DNA from: an uncultured Gammaproteobacteria bacterium
Lineage (GTDB): Bacteria; Patescibacteriota; Microgenomatia; Levybacterales; UBA12049
NCBI GenBank assembly: GCA_964571255.1
Contig: CAZNAA010000001.1
Location: 136,134 to 200,133, forward strand
Length of the DNA: 64,000 nucleotides
Reading direction: 5' to 3'
How positions within the stretch are numbered: the stretch's first letter is position 1; each line of letters opens with the position of its first letter. Positions 37,587-46,805 of this stretch are shown piece by piece. The notes under the pieces were generated by a model that ran no database searches, was not told where the DNA came from, and saw nothing but the letters and a program-made list of their open reading frames with translations. The translations under genes were made by a program, and so were the position numbers.

Positions 37587-38855
37587 ATGAATACCAATTT
37601 TTTTCAAGCGTTTAAGTCCAAACCATTTCTTAATCTGTGGCTTGGGGAAGTCTTTACTCAAATTGCAGTTAATCTTTTTAACTTCTACCTTATCGTTTTT
37701 GTTTTTAACCTTACCCAATCTAGTACAGCAGTATCAGCAATTGTTGTTTCTTTTACCGTTCCAGCTATTCTTTTTGGAATTCTCGCCGGGGCGTATGTAG
37801 ATAGGTGGGATAAGAAGAAGGTGCTTCTTTTCACCAATATATCAAGGGCTCTTATTATTTTTATTTTGGCTTTTTTCCATATGAATATTTGGATGCTTTT
37901 TCTCGCGTCTTTTCTCGTCTCACTCATTACCCAATTTTTTATTCCAGCAGAATCTCCCATGATTCCTCAACTTGTTCGAAAAGATCATTTGCTCTCTGCT
38001 AATGCACTTTTTGGATTGGGAATTTTTGGATCCGTTCTTTTTGCCTACGTCATCTCAGGTCCATTACTTTTGCAATTTAAAGCTATGGGAAGCCTGCTTA
38101 TCTTAGCTGGACTTTTAGTGGTAGGAGCTATCTGTATTTCCTTTATTAAGGAGAAGTATAGTGACGAAGAACACGATGTTCGTCATACACACCAACTCAC
38201 CTTTCACAACGAAGTACGTCATGCGTTTAATATTATTGCGCGTACCAAGGCTATTTATGAATCATTAGTTATTCTGGCCATGACGCAAGTGTTAACTCTT
38301 GTTATTGCTACTCTTATTCCAGGGTATGCAGAAAAAGTTTTGGGGATGGCAGTTGAAGAGTTTTCTTTTCTCTTTATCACCCCAGCTGCACTCGGAACAG
38401 TGATTGGTGCTGTTGTGATTGTAAATATGCTTTCTCGGTTTATGAAGGAAAAACTCGTTACCTTTGGTATTTTTCTTTTCGGAGTTAGTATGCTCATTTT
38501 GCCCTATGGATCACGAATTGCATCTCGAGACATTGTTTCAACGCTTAATTCTTTTCTTCCGCCCTATATGGATATTACCAATTTACATATCTTAGTTTTC
38601 TTGGCATTTTTCATGGGACTTGCTAATGCTTTAGTCTTTGTTCCGTCAAATACGCTACTGCAAGAGAGAACGAGTGATGAAGTGAGAGGCAAAGCCTATG
38701 GAGTACTGAATACCTTGGTAGGTATTTTATCGTTTGGACCAATTCTTCTAGCAGGTGGACTGGCTGACCAATTTGGCGTTGCAGCTGTTATTATAGGAAT
38801 AGGAGTAACTGTGCTTCTTTCAGGACTCTATCGAGTTGTGATGGGACATAATTAA
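37587..38855 (+). CDS. MFS transporter
   Basis: 12 TMs with AGAYVDRWDKKK (motif A) and LQERTSDEVRGK. Confidence 0.9.
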   Translation: MNTNFFQAFKSKPFLNLWLGEVFTQIAVNLFNFYLIVFVFNLTQSSTAVSAIVVSFTVPAILFGILAGAYVDRWDKKKVLLFTNISRALIIFILAFFHMNIWMLFLASFLVSLITQFFIPAESPMIPQLVRKDHLLSANALFGLGIFGSVLFAYVISGPLLLQFKAMGSLLILAGLLVVGAICISFIKEKYSDEEHDVRHTHQLTFHNEVRHAFNIIARTKAIYESLVILAMTQVLTLVIATLIPGYAEKVLGMAVEEFSFLFITPAALGTVIGAVVIVNMLSRFMKEKLVTFGIFLFGVSMLILPYGSRIASRDIVSTLNSFLPPYMDITNLHILVFLAFFMGLANALVFVPSNTLLQERTSDEVRGKAYGVLNTLVGILSFGPILLAGGLADQFGVAAVIIGIGVTVLLSGLYRVVMGHN

Positions 38856-38861
38856 TTCACT

Positions 38862-39542
38862 ATGGAACTTTTCCTGCTTTTCTTACTGCTTGGGTTATTC
38901 ATGTTTCTTTTTGTTCTTCATAGTTTAACGAGAGAAGATTATGGTCTGTTGAGACGAAATATCTCCATGGACCAATTGTTTAACGTTACCTTTCTCTCTC
39001 TTCTTGGAGGACTTCTTCTTTCTCGAGCAATCTATGCTTTATTTCATTTGAATCCATTTTTTCTTAACCCATTAGTCTTTTTTGCTATTCCTTATTATTC
39101 AGGTCTTTCTCTTTTTGGTGGAGCAGTGGGAGTTTTTGGGAGTTTGTATCTTTTGTGTGTAAAAAAGAAATATCCTTGGAAAAAGTTTTTTGACTTTTTT
39201 TCAATTGCAGCATCATGTGCTTTGCCATTGGTTGGAATAGGAACGATCTTTCTTCATCAAGGAAATTTACTTTTTCCTATCCTTGTTTCTTCCTTCTTAT
39301 ATGGAGTAATTGGGGTTGTGAGTGTGACTGTTTTGTATAAACGCATCGTTCATGCTACACTCCCAGATGGTATTACTGGGGTATTGTTTCTTTTCTCACT
39401 CGCTTTTATTTATTTAATTGAGCGACTCTTTTTAAGAAGTGGGAAAGACTCACTGTTTTTTCCAGAGTCTATCGCCTGGTTTATAACGGCTGTTATTACC
39501 TTTGGAATTTTAATTTACCTCTCATTTATCAAAAAAAAATAA
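38862..39542 (+). CDS. Lgt-like membrane protein (degenerate)
   Basis: LLSRAIY..GLSLFGGAVG..FFDFFS resembles the Lgt N-terminal half; later catalytic motifs are not evident. Confidence 0.5.
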   Translation: MELFLLFLLLGLFMFLFVLHSLTREDYGLLRRNISMDQLFNVTFLSLLGGLLLSRAIYALFHLNPFFLNPLVFFAIPYYSGLSLFGGAVGVFGSLYLLCVKKKYPWKKFFDFFSIAASCALPLVGIGTIFLHQGNLLFPILVSSFLYGVIGVVSVTVLYKRIVHATLPDGITGVLFLFSLAFIYLIERLFLRSGKDSLFFPESIAWFITAVITFGILIYLSFIKKK

Positions 39543-39543
39543 T

Positions 39544-40311
39544 ATGACTATTCTTTTTGAAGATCAGAACTTTTTAGCTATTAATAAGCCCAGTGGGGTT
39601 GTTGTTAATAATGCTGATACTGTCCATACTCAAACGGTTCAATCATGGGCAAAAAAGCATTTGGGTCTTGCCGACTATACGGGTGAAGTGAGTGGAGAAG
39701 TAGCAGATGAAGAGGGAGAGTATGATTATGAGCGAATGTTTCTTGAAAGGAGTGGGGTAGTACACCGACTTGATAAAGAAACCTCAGGAGTACTTCTTAT
39801 TGGGAAAACAGTTGAGTCATTTAAACTGCTTCAGCAGCAATTCAAAAATAGAGAGACAAAAAAAGAATATCGGGCTCTAGTTCATGATATTGTCCATCCA
39901 CCTGATGGGGAAATCAGCGTACCAGTTGGGAGACTTACCTGGAATAGAAAACAATTTGGCGTAGTTGCAGGAGGAAGAGAAGCAGTGACAACGTACAAAA
40001 CAGAAGCAATTTATGAGAGAAAAGAAGGAAAACTCAAGCTTCACTATACGTATTTACACCTTTTTCCACTAACGGGAAGAACCCATCAAATTCGAGTTCA
40101 TATGAAACATATCCATCATCCCGTAGTCTCTGATACGTTGTATGCAGGTAGAAAAACAGCCTTAATCGATCGCAAAGTCCTTCCACGCCTCTTCCTTCAT
40201 GCCTATTCTCTTACTTTCTTTCACCCCACTACTAGAAAAGAACAAACAGTGATTGCTCCTCTTCCTTCTGATTTAACAAACTTCCTTGATACCTGTTTAA
40301 GAATTCAGTAG
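39544..40311 (+). CDS. RluA-family pseudouridine synthase
   Basis: INKPSG, VHRLDKETSG, TGRTHQIRVH, LFLHA. Confidence 0.94.
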   Translation: MTILFEDQNFLAINKPSGVVVNNADTVHTQTVQSWAKKHLGLADYTGEVSGEVADEEGEYDYERMFLERSGVVHRLDKETSGVLLIGKTVESFKLLQQQFKNRETKKEYRALVHDIVHPPDGEISVPVGRLTWNRKQFGVVAGGREAVTTYKTEAIYERKEGKLKLHYTYLHLFPLTGRTHQIRVHMKHIHHPVVSDTLYAGRKTALIDRKVLPRLFLHAYSLTFFHPTTRKEQTVIAPLPSDLTNFLDTCLRIQ

Positions 40312-40332
40312 AATAGAACAGGAGGTGATCGT

Positions 40333-40470
40333 ATGGGAAAAGACTTTTATAAAGGTGACAAGAAAAAAGCAAAAAAATCACAACAGCCAACTAACCAATC
40401 ATTTACATCAAGTGCACCGATTTTTGTTCTTCCAAAAGTTATAGAGAAGAAAAAACCGGGCAATGCTTAA
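40333..40470 (+). CDS. Small basic protein (45 aa), not in the ORF track
   Basis: MGKDFYKGDKKKAKK..LPKVIEKKKPGNA, preceded by GGAGGTGATC. Confidence 0.6.
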   Translation: MGKDFYKGDKKKAKKSQQPTNQSFTSSAPIFVLPKVIEKKKPGNA

Positions 40471-41281
40471 TCTGCCCATGAAAAAAAATCAACAGAGCCT
40501 ACGACTGGCCTTATTCTTTTGTTTGGTAGTATTTTTTGCTGTAGGTATCTCACTAACGGCAAAATTTGTGAGTCTTCTCAAACAAAGTTCCTATGACTCT
40601 TCTCATAGATATACTGTCTATATTGAGAAAACACCACTTGTTGGAAAAGTGATTTCTGTTGATCCTGTCAATAAGACAGTAAGTGAGATACAGATTTCCA
40701 GTAAAACACTTCTTTCCTCTCCCAGTACTCTTTTAGGAATTCCAACGGATGTCAAAATTACTCTTGAAGGAAATACAGATACGAGTGAAAAGTCGGGGGA
40801 TTCTGAGTTCTTTTCTCTTCTTACCAAGAGGTATAAAAAAGACAATCCGTTTACTCTAATTGATACGATCAGGCTTGGGATATTTCTCAAATCAGTCAAG
40901 AAAGACTCTGTGGAAAAATCAGAAATTATGATTCCTATCTCGATGGAGAATGCGGATTCACTTCTTGAAAACGTACTCACTGATCAATCTATTGTAAAAG
41001 AGGACAAGACTGTTGCGATTGTAAATGCGTCAGGTATCTCTGGAATTGGGAAAAGGGCGGAGAGAATTCTTCTCTCAATGGGTGCAACCGTTATTTCCGT
41101 AACGACTGCAACACAAGATAAGGCTGGGTCCTACGTGAGTTATGCGCAAAATCCTCCTTCCTATACAGCAGAGAAGATTGGGAAAATTTTTCGCCTGTCT
41201 CTAAAAGAAGGGAAGGAAACTCCTACTGCTGATATTACACTTGTTATTGGGAAAGATAGTAAAGAGACAAGCGCATTTTAA
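40463..41281 (+). CDS. LytR C-terminal domain membrane protein
   Basis: TM, then VAIVNASGISGIG and DITLVIGKD. Confidence 0.8.
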   Translation: MLNLPMKKNQQSLRLALFFCLVVFFAVGISLTAKFVSLLKQSSYDSSHRYTVYIEKTPLVGKVISVDPVNKTVSEIQISSKTLLSSPSTLLGIPTDVKITLEGNTDTSEKSGDSEFFSLLTKRYKKDNPFTLIDTIRLGIFLKSVKKDSVEKSEIMIPISMENADSLLENVLTDQSIVKEDKTVAIVNASGISGIGKRAERILLSMGATVISVTTATQDKAGSYVSYAQNPPSYTAEKIGKIFRLSLKEGKETPTADITLVIGKDSKETSAF

Positions 41282-41283
41282 CT

Positions 41284-41445
41284 ATGAATATCTATATAAT
41301 GATTGGAGTTCTTCTTGTTATCTCTTTTATCTGGAGTGTTGTGTCTTTACGGGGATTTAATGGACGGAAAATGAAGCAGGTAAAACAGGCTCAAAAAACG
41401 TTAGCAAAAGGAAAAATTATCTTTCAGAAAGGTCATTCTAGGTAA
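41284..41445 (+). CDS. Small membrane protein (53 aa), not in the ORF track
   Basis: MNIYIMIGVLLVISFIWSVVSL..LAKGKIIFQ, starting 2 nt after the upstream stop. Confidence 0.55.
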   Translation: MNIYIMIGVLLVISFIWSVVSLRGFNGRKMKQVKQAQKTLAKGKIIFQKGHSR

Positions 41446-42173
41446 AAATCTTTTACTCCTTCTTCTTTTTCTGCATCTTCCTCTGATTCCTCTGGTGGGT
41501 CTTCTTTTAGCTCTTCTTTCTCCTCATCAGCTTCGTTTCTGGCTTTTTGATGTTCTACTGTAAGTTTATGTTTTTCAATAGGATTTACAAATGACTGATG
41601 ATTTTGGAATTGGGGTGCACGAACGGTTTCGATGATAAAAATGATCACTTTATGATTATCAACTGTTTTGATATACGCTTCATACTTATTTCCACCCTCC
41701 ATGAAATTAATGAGTCGTCTGCTCAAATCATCGGCAAGCATGCCAATATATTGTTTGTTGTGGTCTAGTACGAAAATTTTCATTCGTTTGACAGAAAGAG
41801 AAACTTGTTCACCAGAACGAAGAGGGATAAGAATTTTTTGATCTGCAATATTGGTGAGTTCAACTACTTTTGTCTTTCCAGGTTCTTCAATAAAGATATT
41901 ATTCATCAGCGCTTGTCCTGGAGTCGCAGAAAGACTAGATAGTCGTTTGATATTGCGAGTAGCAATAGGATTTTTGGTATCTAGTTGCAATACTTTATGA
42001 TATAAAGCTTTAGCTTCTTTTGTTTGGCCTAGACTTGCCTTGGCAAACGCAAGACGATTAAGTGTATCTATATCATCTGGGTTCTCTTCAAGAAGGGCTT
42101 CGTTTAGTTGGACAGCAAGTTTCCAGTCTCCTTTAAGTGCTGCTTGGATGGCGTCTGTGTGTGGTATTATCAT
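41433..42173 (-). CDS. TPR-containing protein
   Basis: AIQAALKGDWKLA..DTLNRLAFA..FIEEPGKTKVV; acidic tail. Confidence 0.8.
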   Translation of the reverse strand: MIIPHTDAIQAALKGDWKLAVQLNEALLEENPDDIDTLNRLAFAKASLGQTKEAKALYHKVLQLDTKNPIATRNIKRLSSLSATPGQALMNNIFIEEPGKTKVVELTNIADQKILIPLRSGEQVSLSVKRMKIFVLDHNKQYIGMLADDLSRRLINFMEGGNKYEAYIKTVDNHKVIIFIIETVRAPQFQNHQSFVNPIEKHKLTVEHQKARNEADEEKEELKEDPPEESEEDAEKEEGVKDFYLE

Positions 42174-42280
42174 GGTTCGTATTACCGATTCAAAAATTGT
42201 AGTTAGTTTTATTGCAAAAGTCAACATATCCGAGGTATAATATGAGCGTAGAGTAAGCATCCTGCTTACTTTTTTATCCT

Positions 42281-43024
42281 ATGAGTGGACATTCTAAGTG
42301 GGCAACAATTAAACGGGCAAAAGGAGTTAATGACGCAAAGCGTGGACAAACCTTTACCAAACTCTCCAATGCTATTACTCTTGCTGTTCGAGAAGGCGGA
42401 GGAGTAGCGGATCCTGCTTTTAACTTTAAACTTCGTTTGGCTATTGATGCAGCACGCAGTGCAAATATGCCAAAAGACAATATTGATAGAGCGATAACTC
42501 GAGCGAGTGGGAAAGGGGAAGCTGCTCTTGAAGAGGCTGTGTATGAAGGCTTTGCTCCTCATGGAGTCAGTCTGATTATCGAAACGGCAACCGATAATAA
42601 ACAGAGAACTGTAAGTGAAGTGAAAAGCACGCTGGATAAAGGGGGAGGAACATTAGGTGTTCAGGGAGCGGTTTCTTACCAGTTTGAACAAAAGGGACTC
42701 ATTACGGTTGAGAAAGAAGGGAAAAGTTTTGATGAACTCTTTCTTATGGCTATTGATTCTGGAGCAGAAGATGTAGAGGATGGTGAGGAGGAGATCATTA
42801 TCTATACTAAACCTGAGGATTTAAATAAAGTTAGAGAGAATCTTTTGAGTCAAAGTCTGAAAATAACAACAGCTGAGTTTACTAGACAACCAACTCTTCT
42901 TGTCAAAATTGACGATGCGGAGAAAGCACAAAAAATCCTCTCTCTTTTAGATAAGTTAGAATCTCTCTCAGACGTTCAGAAAGTCTATGCAAATTTTGAT
43001 ATTCCAGAAGAACTGATATCATAA
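42281..43024 (+). CDS. yebC: YebC/PmpR family protein
   Basis: MSGHSKWATIKRAK, YEGFAPHG, TDNKQRT, DVQKVYAN. Confidence 0.95.
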   Translation: MSGHSKWATIKRAKGVNDAKRGQTFTKLSNAITLAVREGGGVADPAFNFKLRLAIDAARSANMPKDNIDRAITRASGKGEAALEEAVYEGFAPHGVSLIIETATDNKQRTVSEVKSTLDKGGGTLGVQGAVSYQFEQKGLITVEKEGKSFDELFLMAIDSGAEDVEDGEEEIIIYTKPEDLNKVRENLLSQSLKITTAEFTRQPTLLVKIDDAEKAQKILSLLDKLESLSDVQKVYANFDIPEELIS

Positions 43025-43028
43025 AATC

Positions 43029-43904
43029 ATGCCTTCTTATACACCCACCCAACTTCTCTCATTTACTAAATGGATAAAACCATATCTCAAAGTAAATAGA
43101 GAAGGGAAGAAAGTTATTACCGTTGTTATTCCAAAGAGACAAAAATTTATTATCTCTGTTAGTATTTTGTCACTTCTTCTTCTGTTGAGTGAAGTGTTTT
43201 TAGGACAACTTGGAGCCTATGCACTAACAGGAGTAGTAGGGGTTGCTATTCTCACAGATATCTTTCTCTACTGGGCACTTAAGCAAGATTTAGATGAGAA
43301 AAGTGAATACGGCGTATTTATCTTACCATTTTTCTATACCTTGTCCTTTGCTCTTTTTTACTCTCTTGTTCCAGAACGTCTCATTTATCGTTTAGGATTA
43401 ACGCTTCTGTACTCTTTTGGGTTGTACTCATTGTATTTAAGTCAGAATATTTTTGTTGTCAGTGCTATTCGAACCATTCAGCTGCTATCTGGAGCACGAA
43501 TTGTCTCTTATATCATTACGCTTCTGGCTTTTTTCTTTATGACGGCAACTGTTTTTTCATTTCACATCTATGTGTTATATGAAGGAATTCTTGTTTTTAT
43601 CTATACGTATCTTTTGATGTATCATACCCTTTGGACATATTCACTCTCAGAAAAGACCTATAATATTTCATTGTGGGTTTTGGGACTCACCATTTGTATT
43701 TGGGAATTGGCTATGGTTTTGTGGTTCTGGCCAAGTTCCTCAACAGTAATTGCGCTTTTCTTAACAGGAATTTTTTATGCCTTAGGGGGGATGTCACATG
43801 TCTGGCTTGAGCGAAAGCTATTTAAAGGAGTACTCCTAGAATATTTATGGGTAATTGTAGCTGTTTTTCTTTTTCTTCTGCTATTTAGTACTTGGGGGAA
43901 GTAG
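43029..43904 (+). CDS. Hypothetical polytopic membrane protein
   Basis: About nine TMs; YLSQNIFVVSAIRTIQLL. Confidence 0.75.
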   Translation: MPSYTPTQLLSFTKWIKPYLKVNREGKKVITVVIPKRQKFIISVSILSLLLLLSEVFLGQLGAYALTGVVGVAILTDIFLYWALKQDLDEKSEYGVFILPFFYTLSFALFYSLVPERLIYRLGLTLLYSFGLYSLYLSQNIFVVSAIRTIQLLSGARIVSYIITLLAFFFMTATVFSFHIYVLYEGILVFIYTYLLMYHTLWTYSLSEKTYNISLWVLGLTICIWELAMVLWFWPSSSTVIALFLTGIFYALGGMSHVWLERKLFKGVLLEYLWVIVAVFLFLLLFSTWGK

Positions 43905-44156
43905 TCTTAATAGAATCCTATAGTATACTATCTGTTTTTTTTTCTTTCCATAAGAACATAATTTAGATTATTGATAAAAAGATATTGTTGTGAGTGTAGC
44001 GTTCACATACGAGAAAAGAGAAGAAGGAGAGTGATGAATGGGAAAATAAATAGGAAAGTGGGAGAGTAGAAGATGAGTAGGTCCTGTAGTACTGATACAG
44101 ATTGATATAGTCAGAAATAATCCTATAAGACATAAATGATATAGTTTGATACATAA

Positions 44157-44165
44157 TGTGGATAA
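44157..44165 (-). promoter_or_regulatory. DnaA box (perfect TTATCCACA)
   Basis: TGTGGATAA on the plus strand, inside a long non-coding region. A 1-mismatch copy is at 44471-44479. Confidence 0.45.
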
Positions 44166-44585
44166 CTATTTTTAGCTTCAATTCGTGCCTAAAAAAGATG
44201 GTTAGGGCGTATTCTTCTCGGAGGAGGACTGCCAGGTGTCGCTTTGTTCTCTTCGGGAATAGTAGCTCACAGATTTAAAAAATACGAAATGTGTTCATTT
44301 TTTTAGGGAAAAGAGATCAGTTTTCACGAACCTAAACAGGCTCAAGTTCTTAGTAGAGCAGGGTATAGGAAAAGCTCCACTTTTCACAGAATCTAGAAGT
44401 AGTATGAAGCCTCTCCAGAGGAGAGTGCTACAGATGCCTAGTTATAAACAATTAGTTTCTACTCAAAGAGTGTAGATAACACGCATATAAAGAAAGATTT
44501 AGAGCGTATTCTCTCTTAGTAGTAATTGTTTCTTCTTTAAAGAAGAAAATGTGTTGTTTTGTCAGGACGGGGCTTATATATGCTT

Positions 44586-44613
44586 ATGTCGTATAATAAT
44601 ACTTTTACGACAT
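44586..44613. other. dif-like Xer recombination site
   Basis: 11-6-11 layout ATGTCGTATAA-TAATAC-TTTTACGACAT with arms 10/11 inverted-identical. Lies 3 kb from the Xer gene. Confidence 0.65.
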
Positions 44614-45325
44614 GACGCATGGTTGGTTCTGGGGAGGACCTAGGTTTGGGACAGATTTGATTTTATTCATTTTTCTTCTTGTATAGCCTTGATTTTCTCA
44701 AATGCTATTCTGCTCCATTCGTGCTCCGAATACTCGATTTCTTGCTTTCAATAACTATGAGCTTTAAATTCTTTTTCACACAGCCTCCTTCCCTGTATTC
44801 AGGCATAATCTGTGAAAACAGTGTTCTCCCTGGTACCTTTTCCCATAGGGAGGATCTTTTTACCCTAAAAAGATTGTTTTTAGTTGCCTGACAAAAAACA
44901 GAGGTCCAAGTATTCATCTTGCCCTCATTCAACGCGTCCTAGGGCATTTGGTGACGTTGTAGGATCAGGCTCAGGGACGTGATTCAGGGTGGTTGTTCCA
45001 AATAGAAGAGAAATTAGATCCAAGACCCATTTCTTCTGGATCTATTGGAGTTAACCCATTAGTAAGTACTTGATTATATCTAGCTACTGCGTGTTCGAAG
45101 ACGTGTTTTGAATCTGCATTAGTCATAACTCTCTGTAGCTTTTTAATGATTAATAGACATTCGATCTTTATATAGGAGGTTCAGTTGGAAGGCCAATAGC
45201 AACTATATGTTTTTTGGTAAGTGTTCCTGAAGTTATTTCCGCATATGGTAATCTACAAAGAGATTAAGAGTTGTGAGTCATGAAGAGAATTATATAAGCT
45301 TGACTGGGGGAGTTACAAGCTGTCT

Positions 45326-46078
45326 TTACTTTTTGGGTTTAGCATAAATCATTGAAACAGTACACACCGTGCCTTTTGGGATTGGTGTTTCTTCTACTTT
45401 TGTTATTCCAGCTTTATTACAATCAAACGCAGTCCACTTCCCTGCTTTTGCTTCTATTCCTATTGTGTATGGATCGTCTCCTTCAACAACGATATTATCT
45501 ACGTTCAGAACAGTGCCTACAGGAAGTCTTGTTACAACTTGTGAATCGAGTTGAGGCTCCTTACGTACATTTACAAAGGAAGCTCTATCTAAATCTGTTG
45601 CACCATCTGTAATCTCAATAGAACGATAGAGTCTTCCGTCAGGATTCCGTCGTGATTGCTCAAGCTCTTTAGAAAGGGCAGCATTTATTGCGGCTAGGTG
45701 TCTTTTTCGAGGGGGTAGGGTAGCTGTTGGTGGTGCTGAAAGCGTTGGTTGTTGTGGATTGTTAATAAATTCTCTTGCGACTCCAATCCCTCCTAATACA
45801 AATAATGCTGATAATGAAGTGACGATAAAACCAAGTAATATTTGAGAAAATGTGTTAAATGGATCAACTCTTCTCTTTTCTGTTGATGAATATGTTTGTC
45901 GAGGATTCGCTTGTCGTTTTTTTTGTGCTTCAAGAAGAAGATAAGCTTGAATGAATATAAACACTGTTTCTAATTGTCTTTGCCTAATCTCCTCTTCTGC
46001 TTTATCTACTTCATCTCCGTTTTGGATTTGGCGTTCACGTGACTCTTCATAGGCTGTTCGATTAATGTATTGTTCCAT
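45326..46078 (-). CDS. Membrane protein with C-terminal SH3b-like domain
   Basis: One TM; VNVRKEPQLDSQVVTRLPVGTVL. Confidence 0.65.
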   Translation of the reverse strand: MEQYINRTAYEESRERQIQNGDEVDKAEEEIRQRQLETVFIFIQAYLLLEAQKKRQANPRQTYSSTEKRRVDPFNTFSQILLGFIVTSLSALFVLGGIGVAREFINNPQQPTLSAPPTATLPPRKRHLAAINAALSKELEQSRRNPDGRLYRSIEITDGATDLDRASFVNVRKEPQLDSQVVTRLPVGTVLNVDNIVVEGDDPYTIGIEAKAGKWTAFDCNKAGITKVEETPIPKGTVCTVSMIYAKPKK

Positions 46079-46151
46079 ACCGCATATACTACTATAGGTT
46101 GATTAATCTTGTCAAGTGTAGCTAAAGAGTGAATTTGGTATACTAAAAAGT

Positions 46152-46769
46152 ATGAACTTACCTTCTCTATTCAAATCAGTTCGTCTTATTGGGTTTGTTG
46201 CTGTTTTGGGAATAGTATTACTCATTGCAGTTTTCTTTGTCGTAAAGCAATTTAAACCTGATTATGTATTTAATACTTCATCTCAAACAGTAATTAAACA
46301 ACTAGAGTCTTTAAATAGGCTCGAAACGGCTTCATTCACTATTGAAAAAGTGATTGATGCAAAATCTGAAGGGGGACAAATTAAACAGTTTTTCTTTGGG
46401 GATAGGCTTCTTCTTATTGCTCAAGGACAAGTAATTGCAGGAATTGACCTCTCAAAAGTGCAAAAAGGAGATATTACGGTTGATGGCACTTCCCTCTACC
46501 TTACTCTCCCCTCACCTGAAATATTTGTGGTGAATCTCTATTCTGATCAAACCCGAGTCTATGACAGGCGTCAGAGTCTTCTAACGAAAGGTGATCCACA
46601 ACTTGAGTCTCAGGCACGATCAGTGGCTGAAAAAACGATTAGACAGGCTGCATGTGAAGGGAAAATACTTGAGGAAGCAAATAAGAATGCAATGACTCAA
46701 TTAGAGTCATTATTTAAAACTGCAGGATTTAGCTCGGTCGTTATTCGAACATCTATCGGATCTTGTTAA
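46152..46769 (+). CDS. DUF4230 domain protein
   Basis: TM, then LLLIAQGQVIAGIDLS..LPSPEI..ILEEANKNA. Confidence 0.82.
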   Translation: MNLPSLFKSVRLIGFVAVLGIVLLIAVFFVVKQFKPDYVFNTSSQTVIKQLESLNRLETASFTIEKVIDAKSEGGQIKQFFFGDRLLLIAQGQVIAGIDLSKVQKGDITVDGTSLYLTLPSPEIFVVNLYSDQTRVYDRRQSLLTKGDPQLESQARSVAEKTIRQAACEGKILEEANKNAMTQLESLFKTAGFSSVVIRTSIGSC

Positions 46770-46770
46770 C

Positions 46771-46799
46771 TTGACGCTTTATTTACCTCCTTATACAAT
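46771..46799 (+). promoter_or_regulatory. Sigma70 promoter giving a leaderless transcript
   Basis: TTGACG, 17 nt, TACAAT; ATG follows 6 nt later at 46806. Confidence 0.65.
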
Positions 46800-46805
46800 C
46801 CCATT

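Noticed and set aside
43905-45325. Confident oriC call, and short ORFs 43963-44181, 44679-44891 and 44705-44932
   Set aside because: There is no dnaA/dnaN and only one perfect box, and the local G-to-C shift fits a terminus better. The short ORFs lack coding-like composition.
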